From Blasia pusilla (lineage: Eukaryota), in assembly GCA_050084515.1 (NCBI GenBank), contig CM114271.1, forward strand, positions 33,418,001 to 33,482,000: a stretch of 64,000 bases of DNA. Direction: 5' to 3'. The position numbers and the translations under genes were made by a program. Positions 1-11,709 of the stretch are shown in pieces. The stretch's first letter is position 1; each line of letters opens with the position of its first letter. The notes under the pieces were generated by a model, which saw nothing but the letters and a program-made list of their open reading frames with translations, was not told the origin of the DNA and ran no database searches.

Positions 1-426
1 ATGCCCAATTGCATCAAAGACCTCCTTAGGGGTGGGCATGGCATACCTATCAGACTTCGTTTGCCGATTGATAGGTCGGTAATCTCCACACATTCGCCTA
101 TTCGTCCAGTTGCCATACATATCCTTCTTGGCGGGCATGACAATCATAGATGCATACTCTCCGTGCGACATCTCCACTAGTCCTTCTCCAACCAAGTCCT
201 GGCTCCTACTCTGAATCAGAGCCCTCTCCATGTCACTATACCTGTAGGATCGTCGAAAGATCGGCGTGTCATTTGATAACTCAATGCGGATCCCTAGACC
301 CTTTAGCGTACCCAAATCATGCAAACTAAATGCAAAATAGGTCCTATAACTCCTAAGGAACAGGTGTATCCGGCACCGCTCTCCTCTTGTCAGCTTAGGG
401 CCCATATCTGGCTCCCAAGTCTCCAT
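1..426 (-). pseudogene. Gypsy reverse transcriptase N-terminus (copy 1)
   Basis: Hand translation: ...IRIELSNDTPIFRRSYRYSDMERALIQ...EYASMIVMPAKKDMYGNWTNRRMCGDYRPINRQTKSDRYAMPTPKEVFDAIGH. This matches the Gypsy RT pattern RxCxDYRxLN...DxYxxP. Confidence 0.9.
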
Positions 427-733
427 CGTGACTACGGTAGGACTATTCGGCGCGGGTGACGGTGGTAGCTATGGTGCAAACCCATCTTGGACAATAGAAC
501 TCTCATTTCCATGTGCAGTATCCGGAACCACACTCGATGTTGTGGCTATGATCTCCTGGCATACTTGCAAAACATCTCTAGAAGTCCAAGGATGTCTCTC
601 CCCTAATGTGTCGATCTCCTCGAATCTTGCCTCCAGCCACTGCCTTAACCGTCCCGGTAGGCATGGGGCTCACCAACGCAACAGTTGTGATATGTCGCAT
701 CCTCAAACGACGTTGCTCAGCTACTCCTCAGCT

Positions 734-1677
734 GAAAATCCATGTCAAGGAGTTCAATTCCATCGCCTGATCCAAGACATGATGTCGTGATGCCTCTCAT
801 AGTGACGGTACTACCGTCACTCCTTCGGGGAATCCCATCGCTCGCTCTCGCTCATCGGCGTTGGGATCCACCAACCTCTGTACATGGTCATCCCAAACCA
901 AGCCAGTTCCGGCCTCCTTGAATGCATAGGAAGCGGGAAAACTCACCAATGCGGGAAAGGCTGTCCGTGGCCTGCCAATCCTGTTGATCACAGTCAACAG
1001 CGATTGATCATCTAGCCTCACTGCTTGGGATCGACGGCCCGGATCCAATATAGAATCCACCAACACTCGGAGGGGTGCTACACTCTCGCATATGCGCTCC
1101 GTAACACCTCGTGTGGTACCAAGTTGGTCCACCAAAGACGCAGGAAATGTGCTCGTGAACCCACACTCGCTGCATCTAACAACACTACCAAGCCGATCCA
1201 TGCGCGCACCTGATGTGCACTCGTCACTACTCGGGACCTTGAATCGCCCAAAATTGGCACATTCTCCAAAATGTATGCTGGAGAACAAGGCTGATGCCCC
1301 TGTAAATGTCGTAAGATCGACATCATCTCCCAAAACACCATGGAACGAGTGTCAGCTAACCCACTACCTTGTCCAGCACTCGATTGGTCTTGACATGGCC
1401 AACTACCAATGACCAAGTATATGGTCCCTACCCGCTCCAAGTCCTACGCCCCCAACAATGAAATGTCCCTCGATAGGGAACTCTGGTAACCCTGAATGGC
1501 GGACGTAGACAACAAGTCGGGAAAACGGAGGCATAACAGCACCACATGGTGAAGTGAAGCGCGCCTCACAACATCATCAATCTCCACATACAGGTTTTGT
1601 TGCACGCGCATTCTAGCATGCACAACAACAGCTAACACAATGCTGATCCCTCCAAAGAGATCCAACACCCGAATACC
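734..1677 (-). pseudogene. C5 cytosine DNA methyltransferase domain (DNMT3/DRM-like motifs, canonical I-X order) embedded in pol
   Basis: Motif I RVLDLFGGI (~1645-1671); II YVEID; IV GSWPCQDQSSAG (catalytic Cys 1393-1395); VI ILENV (Glu 1264-1266); VIII LDAASVGSRAHFLRLWWTNL (~1120-1180); IX ERERAMGFPEGVT (~815-853); X SRHHVLDQAMELNSLTWIF (734-790). In-frame stops at 1444 and 797, and a frameshift near 1080. Confidence 0.92.
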
Positions 1678-2099
1678 CTTCTCTAGGATGCACCACACAA
1701 TCGGGGTGGTGTCCAAAGGGGTCATAGCAGCACTCCTGTCTACTTGGGGTTCCTCTGACGCGTCACACTCTAGTGCAACCGTCTCGCTCTACGTGGTTTG
1801 CACATGCTCCATGGCTAAGGGTCCAAGCTCCTCGGTCGAGCCCCAAAGCGGCATCTCTCCTTCACGGACTAATGCGGCTATCATGATACTCCTCTGCATA
1901 GAAATGTCACGAATGGGAGTATCCTCTGCATGGACATGTCCCTCAATCAAATCACTAGGCCAAGTGATGGCACTGCTAAATGCTGCTTAGGTCGCCATCT
2001 CTCCTAGCCGTTGCTCAATCACTGCACTTGTGAACCGAATGGGTAATGAGCTAAGACGCCCATCACTTGACTAACATCCTGGTCTGTAGGACGCTGACT

Positions 2100-2823
2100 C
2101 CTCCTAGTAATCCAGGGAAAACCCCATCGGGTATAACATTGCTCCATCAACCAAGACGTCGTAGGACTTTGTATTAGTCACTATTGCCTTGGCTCGCACC
2201 ACGGACTCATCTATAAGATGTCCCAGGCGAATCCTCACCACAACCTCCTATCGGGTGATATACAGTGTGGTACTCACTCCACCCAAGGATGTCTGTATCC
2301 GAAATGGACAACGCTTCACATCGGCTCTCGTCAAGCCCAATCCTCTGAATGACGCTTTCCCCAACATCAAGGGTTGCGCTCCTCAATCCAACAAGATTCG
2401 TTGCGGACTAAAAGCTCTACCTCCCCGACTCACCAATTAGAAGATCTCTCCCCGATTATCTAGCAATAAAATACCAAGAGAAACCATGGCATGCTCTATT
2501 GTGGGTCTAGCGGGCATCTCCGCCATCCTAGCAGCCGCAGCTTGCCATAAATCTAACGTGGACGGCCCGAGCATGCGCTCCAAGGGAAAGTCCATCATTT
2601 CCTCTACAATCACCTCTGAATGTGATGCAGGAACTCCAACTTCACGCTCACATAGCGTAGCGGCCAACTGAGAAACCTTGGCGGGCGTACCTCCCAACGT
2701 CCTAACATCGGAAGCAGAAAATAAAGGAGCGCGATACACAAGGGTGGCCGCCCCCAACAACGTGCTTGACACATGCCCCTCTTGAGCATCAGTAATAGGA
2801 GTCATCGCACTCGCTTTTCCCAT
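2100..2823 (-). pseudogene. Retrotransposon aspartic protease plus an upstream conserved segment (copy 1)
   Basis: RILLD*GAQPLMLGK (DSG motif with the Ser codon changed to TGA) and SYDVLVDGAMLYP. Same reading frame as DNMT motifs I-VIII. Confidence 0.8.
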
Positions 2824-3199
2824 CGCCCTCTATGCTTGCACATCAACAACATCACCAACTCTCTAGGAACTTTGATCAGGACCTATCCATAGGGTCCTCA
2901 TTGCCTCAAACAATGTGAAAGATTGAGAAAGCCTAGTATGTTTCCTTGCTTCCCCTCGCTGTGGATCCAACTCTACGGCTGCTCCACGTGTCACAACTAT
3001 GGCGGCCTCCATCTAGGCAACCCCGCACATCCAACCAAGATCCTCCATATCTCAAGCTGCTCCATATAATGTCGATGCCACAGATCCGGCATCGGGTAAT
3101 CTCAATGCCATAGCAACAATCTGCTCCTGTAGCTGATGTATCTGAGCAACCATCCTAGCCTCACGCCCGGCGTCTCCCTTGATGCATCTAGGGAGACGC

Positions 3200-4560
3200 G
3201 TCAAGGGAGTGGTAGGACTCTACCTCCTCCACGGGTAGCTCCACCACCTTGTCGGGCAACTCCAGCTCCTTGTCCCCCAACGGGACCACCTGGTGCACGA
3301 TCTCTAGGCCCACTCGGACCGACTACTTGCTCTAGCGCCCTCTCTGGCCCTCGGTCCGGACGTAACTCAGGATGTAAACTGAAACACCTCGCGCGTGTAT
3401 GACCATACCTCTGACAATAGTCAAACTGATAACCTCTTGGTATAGCACCATCTCCTCCTCCATGATGAGGCACATGTCCATGACACTAACGAGTGCAATC
3501 ACGTTGATGATAGGCTCCACCACATGACCAACAAGTAATCGTAGGCAGCTACTACTGAGCCGCATACGAAGGCGCACGTCTCTATGGCACAGCCTCCTGA
3601 TATCCTCCCTGAGCTCGTGGTGCCACATTCGACCTATCTCGGAGTCCATGTTGTTGCACAGGTGGTGCAGACAATCGTGACTGCTCTCACCCGGAACCCA
3701 TGGTGGCTATGCTCTCCTCCGCTATGTTGCGCTTAATGTTCTCAGTAGTCCTAAAAAAATCTCTCAACATAGGGGAGGTATTCATAAGAAGCATCCCCCC
3801 GCACTCCTGTCCGTAGGGTCTGGTCGAGCATCGCGTACCATGATTGGATAGCCTGAGCCTCTGTCACTACTGAGTGACGTTGATCAACCGGCACAAGCGA
3901 GTATAAGCCTCAGGAAAAGTCTCACCCGCGCGCCTCTAGAAGTCGTGGATGCTTTGCAACTTCTCCGTTCGTATCCCCTAGTAGCTCGCCCTCAACTCAG
4001 CAAAGAACTCAACCACGGGGTTGAACCTGGGACGAATCCGACTAGACGGTGCAATTGCTCTAGTGCGAGTGACCCCTCCTAAAACATCACAAGTAGAAGA
4101 GGAAGTAGCCTCTCTTGACTCCTCCTTCTCATCTGGGAATGGCTCCATCCATGACACATAGTGTGGGTCATAGTAGATTTGCCATGCTTCAATCTCCTTG
4201 GCATATCTGTGGGAGAACTCATGGTAATCGTCCATGGGCGCCCCCTCTAAATATTGGAACATACCGTTCCATGCTGTAAACGGGTTGAACTCTCTAGAGT
4301 TCCTAGCGTGCTGTAAGTCACACCAACTCCTAAACTCCGCAATGAAGTCGTGTAGCTCTATAGTACGTATAGCACCCGAAAACCTACGCAATCCTCTACC
4401 CCGATCGTCCATCTCGTACGCCCAAATGGTAGGACCACTCAATGTGTATGGTGGATCACTAACACACTCCTCTATATGCTCCCCCTTGTCTGAAGACACT
4501 ATAGAAGGAGATCGAGGTGGCCTCTCACGTGGAGATCCTCAAAACCTCGCACCACTCCGG
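3200..4560 (-). pseudogene. Gag with decayed CCHC zinc knuckle (copy 1)
   Basis: ORF 3978-4499 (LRRFSG...LHDFIAEF...QYLEGAPMDDY) and ORF 3201-3473 share a frame. The latter has FDYCQRYGHTRARC followed by a Gly/Arg-rich tract. Confidence 0.7.
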
Positions 4561-5552
4561 CTAAACTCTCCAGAGCTACTCTCAGGTCCACTACCTTGCC
4601 TCTCAAAATCCCGAAAGGACGCAATGATGGCCCTCGTGTCCCTCTCACATGATCACTCTCAATCTCACGAGTAATCCCTCAATCACTCAAACTAAACATG
4701 CGGCACTTAATCTACACTCTCTCACTGAGACGTGTGTTGTGCGACAACAAGCAGCGTGGTGCGGAAAATCAACCGATCTATCATCTCATCGACAAACCAT
4801 CCTCAACTCTGGACATTCCATAGAGGTCTATGTCCCCTAAGCCCATACATCATCAATGCTCCTACCATGAGCACAAAACCCAATATCCCAAATAACTTCC
4901 CAATACACGAAAATCCCTTATACGTGCAGGGTAAGAGACCAGAATGGCTAACCTGACAATAATGTCGATGTGACTCCTCGGCAACTGCAAATCTCGACCC
5001 CAACTCGGTCGTGGAGACAACTCCTCCAATAAGCAAGTTGTACTCCTCTTGTACTGACGCTGCTCAAACCTCCTCGATGTGTGGTGCAGGTCTGCACATC
5101 AAGGAGGTAACGACGACGGCCGCCGCCGTCATGGCAGCTTGTTTAGGGTTTGAACAATTTAACCCTAAGAATTGCCTAGAAATGGGGGTTTTGTAAGATT
5201 GACCATAACTTTTTTCTCGCAACTCTGCGCACCGTCTATTGCACAGCATGCAAAGCTTCACGATCTACGATGGCATCAAAAAATATTTTGAATCGGACAT
5301 TCTAGTAAAAACTGAGGGGGACTCTCGTAAAGCCCAATGTCTCTTCCTCCTACACAAAATTTGACAGCGCTTCCGCGTTGATTTCTCCCAACAAAAATGT
5401 AAAATCTGTGAAAATAAAAATCAGCAACCTACATGGTGCTCTCGAGAGCACCGGAATGGGGCAACCTGCCCCCATACTCAATCCCTATCAAAAATTGGGC
5501 AGCGCTGTCGTATAGTAAAATTAGCCAGTGTGTAAACTCCTTCCTCGTTAAG

Positions 5553-6091
5553 TGTTAGATAGAGTTTTATTAGTATTAAGTAAATTAACTTAGGAAAAGG
5601 AAATTCCCATATTTAAACCTCTTTATGGTGTCTCTTTTATGCGGGCCAAACTTTAGGAAAAGGAGTAATAAATAAAAGATGACTTTATAAAAGTAAAATA
5701 ATGAGGTTGGTGCTTTAATGAAAAGCAAAAGTAGGCTTGGTTGGTGGCTAAGTTAGTTAGGGTAATTTGGAAAATATCAAATGGGTAAAAGAGGATATTT
5801 TAGAAGAGATAAGAGGAAATCTACTTGTGTCCAAATATGATTGGCTAAGCCTTGAGAGGAAGCCATGTGGCACAAGATAAGATTAGTTCTATTTCGTACT
5901 CTTGTGGATCTCTTGTGAGTATATAAAGAGGAGGGACCTTCAAGGGTTCATCACCTTCTATTCCACATCTTGAGTCTCTCGTGTCACTCTTGAGTGCATA
6001 GCTTTAGTATTGCTTGCTCTTCCAATAAGAGTGGATCACCCTCTTAGGAGAGAAACTTTACCATTATCTATTCTTCGAGAGGTTTCTAAAG
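5553..6091 (+). mobile_element. LTR-like segment interrupted by the Gypsy element at 6092; resumes at ~10211-10496
   Basis: Starts TGTTAG and has TATATAAAG near 5920. 5601-5652 and 6043-6093 recur at 10211-10312. The resumed part ends GGTGGAACA (10496), like the LTR-like segment 12581-13362. No TSD found. Confidence 0.45.
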
Positions 6092-7089
6092 TGTCGCGAC
6101 CCTCATGACCAAACCAGTGCCAAGCGGAACAACGGAACATTAGCGGGCTCATGCTAAGATGGTTTGTAAGTTGGAGTAGTCTCGAAGAAGAGACAAGAGA
6201 CGAGACACGAGCGAGGCTTTACGTTTCAGATGTTGTGGTCACAACCGAGAAACCTGGACCAAATGCGGAATAAGACTTGAAAGGAGTCGAGTCTAGAAAG
6301 TGGGTTGCCAAAGGAAGAATCCGGATTTGGAACGCCACTAGCGTTTGAGAGTTTCCGACTATATTTATAACCATAAATTTTAGCGCCAAGATACGTTTGG
6401 ATTAAACAAGAAGGCGTTGGAAGGCTTATGGAAAGCCGGTTCAAACGCACTAAAGATCTCTGCAAATGCATAAGCAGCGACTGAGAAACAACCCGGAAAC
6501 GACTGTAAGTAGAGTCGGGTTGAGGGCCACAATGAAGGGCCCAACCCTCCTTTTCCAAAAAGGGGGGGATTATTGGAGAACCCTAGAAGTACTAGTAAGG
6601 GGGAAGGTCTCCGAGAGTGCTTGGAACTCCAACCCCTCTTTGGGTGACATGGGGCGGCTCAAGGGCATGGAACGGATCGAGAGTTTGGGGTTGGGTTGGA
6701 AAACTTGAACCAAGTCTACGGAGGCGATTTTAGACATCCCTCTTGGATTTCACCCCGCAACTCAATTACTTGGGTCTCAGATTCGAACTCGCACGAGGTC
6801 CGTTGAACAGTTGGGATCGCGCGCAAGTGCCGTTTTAGGTTCCTGGACTAATCAGGAAGTCTGTTCCAAGTCTTGAAGGACTTGCCATGTTTTGGAAACT
6901 AGGAATTAAGGAAGGTTGAGATTGATGAGACGCCGAGTTGAGAACTTGGTGGGTTGGAACGCTGGTTGGCCCGGACCCGACTAACAAGAGTGCGTGTTTG
7001 GGTGCAGATCAGCGATGAGATCGTGTCCTTCTGAACGTACCCTTCCGCAACAGTAAAGATTGACGTTCAAGGAGAGTAGGGGCGCAACA
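6092..7089 (+). repeat. 5' LTR (~1 kb, TG...CA)
   Basis: Begins TGTCGCGACCCTCATG and ends GGGGCGCAACA just before the PBS. Both ends match the reverse-oriented homolog at 24157-25164. Confidence 0.85.
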
Positions 7090-7091
7090 AG

Positions 7092-7103
7092 TGGTATCAG
7101 AGC
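7092..7103 (+). promoter_or_regulatory. Primer-binding site (tRNA-iMet)
   Basis: TGGTATCAGAGC, 2 nt after the LTR's terminal CA. Confidence 0.9.
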
Positions 7104-10100
7104 AAGTCCTTGGTGAGCGAGAACTTGGGGTCGTGGGATCAATCGAACGCTTGGGAAAACTCAAGGTAGCGGCTAGACTCAGACGCTTGAGGAGGGACGC
7201 AAGAAACGAGGAGGGGATCTGAGTGAGTTGGCTTGAAAATGGCGATCGAAGGAGAACAACCCAAGAAGCGCCAAATCAAGCGACGTGAACCAAGAGAGGA
7301 ACCAATGCCGGACCGTGAAGCTACGGAGAAGACGGAGACTCCCGAAGAGTTGAACGCCAGTCGTGAGGACGTTCCAGAGGTGAATCCTTCTGTGGGGCCA
7401 TCGGCCCAAAATCAAGGGAACGGACCGAGTCAAGCCAGACGTTGGACTTGTTGAAGCTGTTGGTGGAGCAGATGTCCCAGCAAAGCAAGCGGATTGTAGA
7501 GTTAGAGGCCACCCAAACTCCGGGTGTGGGTTAAAAGCTCTGCAATACAATCGTGCCGACGCCATTCATTTGGGGTGGGCGCCATGAAAGTGAAGGATTT
7601 CTTACTAAACAGAATCGCATTTGCCGAGCGCGCAAAGCGGGCAGGCGAGCAGGACAAGGTGACGGTAGCCGTTACTTTCCTGAAGGATCATGCACTACAA
7701 TGGTGGACAACTCAACAAGAGGAATATCTGGCCGGCGAGTCACCTCTCAGTTGGGAGGAGTTTAAGGTGTTGATTGGGGATCGATTCACTCTGGAGTACC
7801 AAGGGTTGCGTGACACGGTGGAATGCGTGCGGATGCGACAAAGTGGTTCCTTAAGCGCGTATGTGAGGGAGTTTAGTGCAAAACTGACTTCTGTTCCAAA
7901 GATGGATGAGCACGCAAAGAAGGCTATCTTCATTAGTGGACTCAAGCCGAGCACTGAAAAGGCCCTTTACCGAATGCCGACGCTGCCAGATACATGCGCG
8001 GATCTTTTGAAGCTAGCGGAGAGGATTGGGGACGATGAGGTCCAAAGCCAGAAACCCTTTGAGTCAAAAGGTTTTTTGAAGAAGTCGAAAATAAGGAGAC
8101 GTTCAAAAGAGTCTGGAGTGGGGGCCAGCACGATCCAAGAGAGTCGTCTGCCCGGGCAGCAAACGAGTGGAACTTCATGCGAAGCCGAGAGGAGGACAGC
8201 ACCCGAAGTCATGGAACGGCAAGGTCATATGCTACAACTGTGGCGAACCGGGGCACCTGGCGAAAGTGTGTTCAAAACCGAAGGTTAGTAATGGGAGTAT
8301 GATTGTGTTTTCTGCTAAGCATCTGTTGGCGGCTGATCTCGAGACATCCCTCCAGGTCACCAAGAGGACGCACAATTTGGTGTACCTAAGATCCAAGATT
8401 GCTGATTGCGATGTGTTGTTGCTCGTGGATACAGGTGCTTCGCACTCCTTCCTAAGCCCGAGAATCGTGAAGGAACTGGGGTTGTCTACCTCTAAGGCGG
8501 ATGAGCCCATTTGAGTAGGATTTTCAGGAGGCAAGTCTCATCGGACTTCTGAATTGGTCTTGGGTTTGACTATAGGATGCGGGGTATTCGAGTTGAAGGA
8601 GAATTTCACTGTGTGCGAAATGGATGGCATTGACGGAGTCTTGGGTAATACCTTCCTAGATGCGTATGAGGTGGAGTTAAGATGTAGACCCTTGAGGTTG
8701 AGCGTCTTGCTAAAAGGAAAACGGTTACAGGTGCGGTTGGTCCGTGAGGTTCCGGCGAAAAAGGAGTTAGTGAACTCGATTACAAGGAGGAGCATGACCG
8801 AGTTGGAGGATGGATTTCTCTGCTTGATGAGACAAGTGGAGGAGACTACAAGCAGAATCACGCAGAGATCGAGACACGCTTCAAGGAAATCCCAGAACCA
8901 CTCCAGGAAGTGGTCAAGGAGTTTGAGGATGTCTTGACAAATGAGCTTCCGACTGAATTGCCGCCACATAGAGCCGTCGATCATAAGATGGAGATCATAC
9001 CTGGTTCCCAACCGCCTTCAAAAGCACCATATAGGTTGAATCAAGAGGAACTTCTTGAGTTGAAAAGGCAGTTAAGTGAGCTCTTGGAAAAGGGTTACAT
9101 TAGGACTAGCAAGTCACCTTATGGAGCACCAGTTCTTTTTGTAAAGAAGAAGGATGGAAAGATGAGGCTGTATGTTGATTACCGTGCGCTAAATAAAGTG
9201 ACGGTTCGGAACAATTATCCTCTTCCGAGGATAGATGATCTCTTTGATAGGCTGGCAGGCGCGAGATATTTCAGTAGGATTGACTTGAAGTCAGGATATT
9301 ACCAGATCCGGATTGCCGAGGCTGATGTGGAGAAGATTGCGTGTAGGACAAGATACGGTTCCTTTGAGTTTGTAGTGATGCCTTTCGGTCTATGTAACGC
9401 GCCTCCGACGTTCACCACATTGATGAACTCCATTTTTCACAAGGAAATGGATGAGTATGTTATCATCTATATTGATGACATACTTATCTATTCGAAGTCA
9501 CTAGAGGAGCACGTTCGACATGTGAGACCGGTCAGCAAATCAGCTGTATGCGAATGTAGAGAAGAGCAAATTTGGTTTGAGCAAGATCAAATTCTTGGGT
9601 CACGTGGTCAGTGCAGATGGCATCAGTCCAGACATGGAGAAGGTGAAAGCGATTGTCGAGTGGGAACCCCCATCCACTGTAAAGGGGATGAGAAGGTTCA
9701 TAGGTGCGGTGCAGTTCTATCGCACTTATGTGAAAAACTTTTCGGGAATTGTGAGACCTCTCACGGATTGGACAGCAAAGTTTGCCAACACGACTTGGAC
9801 CCAGAAAGTTAATGAGGCATTCAGCCGAGTGAAGCAGATTCTATCGTAGGAACCAGTATTGAAGCTGCCGGAGTTTGACAAACCATTCGAAGTGCATACC
9901 GATGCTAGTGATTTCGCGGTTGCAAGAATGTTGGTGCAAGAAGGGAGACCTGTAGCATAAGAGAGCAAGAAGCTTAGCGATACTGAAAGGAGATGGCCCA
10001 CTCATGAGAAAGAGTTGTTTGCGGTGGTACATTGCTTGAGGAAGTGGCCGCATGATCTAGGGCTCCACAGGACTCGAGTATTCACCGATAATATATCACT

Positions 10101-11219
10101 CAAGTATTTTGAGACCCAGGATCGAGTGACACCGAAACAACTACGATGGCATGATACCTTGGCGCTGATGGATAGTGAGTTGATTCACAAGGCTTTTCGG
10201 AAGCCGTTCGAAATTCCCATGTTTAAACCTCTTTATGGTGCCTCTTTTATGCGGGCCCAACTTGGGAGAGTAACTTGACCATGGTCTATTCTTCAAGAGG
10301 TTTCTAGAGTGTGGTGTGTGTGTGGAGATGAGAGGTTTGTCACCTTAGAGGAGTTTAGTCGTACTAAAATAGTGAATGTTTTGGCTTGTTACTTTCCTAA
10401 TGAGAGTGGATTACCCCTCTTGGGAGAATAACTCCGCCAAAACCCATTCTTGAGGAGAGTAGAGAATGTCTATCAAGCATGGATAGGGGTGGAACATGAT
10501 TTGTGCCCGACTTTCCTTTCCTCAATCCATACCATGTCAAGATACTCTTTGTAGATAGGCGCTCGTTCACTCGCTATTTAGTTTGTCACTTTGGGGAGGC
10601 GTTCATAAACCAGGTCATTCAATCTCCAACTCCGGTGATCCTTCCTGTCGTCACATATGGAAGGACATGGGATTGTACTTTGTATGTCCTTATATAGCAA
10701 TCCATGGACGTCAATAGGCCTGCTCAAGTAGGATTTAACACTAGTTATGCTATCTTCTTCGTGTACAAGCGTAAAGTAGTTTATAGGGATTTTATAGTTA
10801 GGAATTTTGGGGTCCGATGGTACGAAGAAGTGATCGCCTTGGCACTTCCATTTGTGATACTTGTCGTGAGAGAATGGAGAGTATACATTATAATTTTGTA
10901 TTGAAAAAGGAGAACTTATTAGAGGGTTCACCTTGTATCGACCACGTCTGCCGCAGCTAGAAGGCATGCCCTTACTCGAAGAAAAGCTCTCGACACGACA
11001 GCGCTTCCGCGCGCCACTCTTTCACACGAAAAATTGACAAAGGAAACATCACAAATAAGCAGTTCTTGCTCCGGTGAGCACTCCCATGAATCGATGAACA
11101 AGTGATACAATCCCCAACCTGCAAAACCAGTGAGTGATCAGCGAGCTCCCCCATGAAGCTCTCTCACTCACTCATTCTCTCTTTGTAAAATAAGATCCAA
11201 TCTCTTTCACAACACCATA

Positions 11220-11700
11220 GTTCTCATATGTGTGCGCTCTCACATGTCTCTCTAAATATCAACCCAAACCCACTCTCCTAATGAGAGGCTTGGATTACAC
11301 ACACAAGGGAAGCAAGACCATAGCTCCGCCGCCTCATGCCAAGAGGTTCAGCAAAGAGAGAATGAGCTCTCAAGCTCTCTCTCCTTGAGGTATACCCCTC
11401 CCCTCTCCCAAGCTCTCTCCATGGTAACCTATGCTCCCAATCACCTCCTTGGCTCTTGACCTGATGTAGGAGATAAAGGGCCATTTACCAAAGATATAAA
11501 GTTGCTTATATACTCAAAATGGTACTTATCTAAAATAGTAAGTTTCTCAATATGGCTCCAAATGAGCCAAAATGAAGGGTAAACCTGCTCTCTCAAGTTT
11601 CTCGGGGCCTCAGTAGGTCATCCTTGACCTATTGAGCCTGTCATCCACTACTCATGAAGGCGCTCTACTAGATCGTACCAATCTATCCTAAAAGACGTAA
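11220..11700 (+). repeat. Interspersed repeat; reverse-oriented copies at ~17950-19240 (with nested solo LTRs) and ~21505-21950
   Basis: For example, CCTCATGCCAAGAGGTTCA at ~11332 matches TGAACCTCTTGGCATGAGG at ~18718 and ~21848, and CAAACCCACTCTCC matches GGAGAGTGGGTTTG. Confidence 0.8.
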
Positions 11701-11709
11701 GAGGCTGGT

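Larger units (their letters stand above)
1..4680 (-). mobile_element. Degenerate Ty3/Gypsy LTR retrotransposon carrying a C5 DNA methyltransferase (gag-ZnK-PR-DNMT-RT); copy 1, runs off the left edge
   Basis: Minus-strand order: gag-like ORF 3978-4499; decayed zinc knuckle FDYCQRYGHTRARC (~3384-3425); protease RILLD*GAQPLMLG (~2360-2400) and SYDVLVDG (~2143-2166); DNMT 734-1677; RT start (1-426). No LTR or PBS could be identified, so the upper boundary is approximate. Confidence 0.9.
6092..10195 (+). mobile_element. Ty3/Gypsy LTR retrotransposon (no DNMT), 3'-truncated: 5'LTR-PBS-gag-ZnK-PR-RT-RNaseH
   Basis: gag AVTFLKDHALQWW...SWEEFK; CYNCGEPGHLAKVC (~8230-8271); LLVDTGASHSF (~8420-8450); RT SPYGAPVLFVKKKDG, MPFGLCNAP, YIDD; RNaseH HTDASDFAV, HEKELFAVV, TDNISLKY. 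Multiple frameshifts and stops; no integrase or 3'LTR. Confidence 0.93.

Noticed and set aside
734-1677. Functional host DNMT3/DRM gene, or a bacterial restriction-modification methylase (contamination)
   Set aside because: It has stops and a frameshift, no introns, and no PWWP, ADD or UBA domains. It is continuous with retrotransposon PR and RT, is repeated with them, and lies on a contig with spliced plant genes.
5505-5535. Possible PBS/LTR boundary for DNMT-Gypsy copy 1 (...TTAGCCA GTGTG)
   Set aside because: The reverse complement TGGCTAATTTTAC matches no tRNA 3' end I recognise, and the adjacent LTR-like sequence appears to be plus-oriented.
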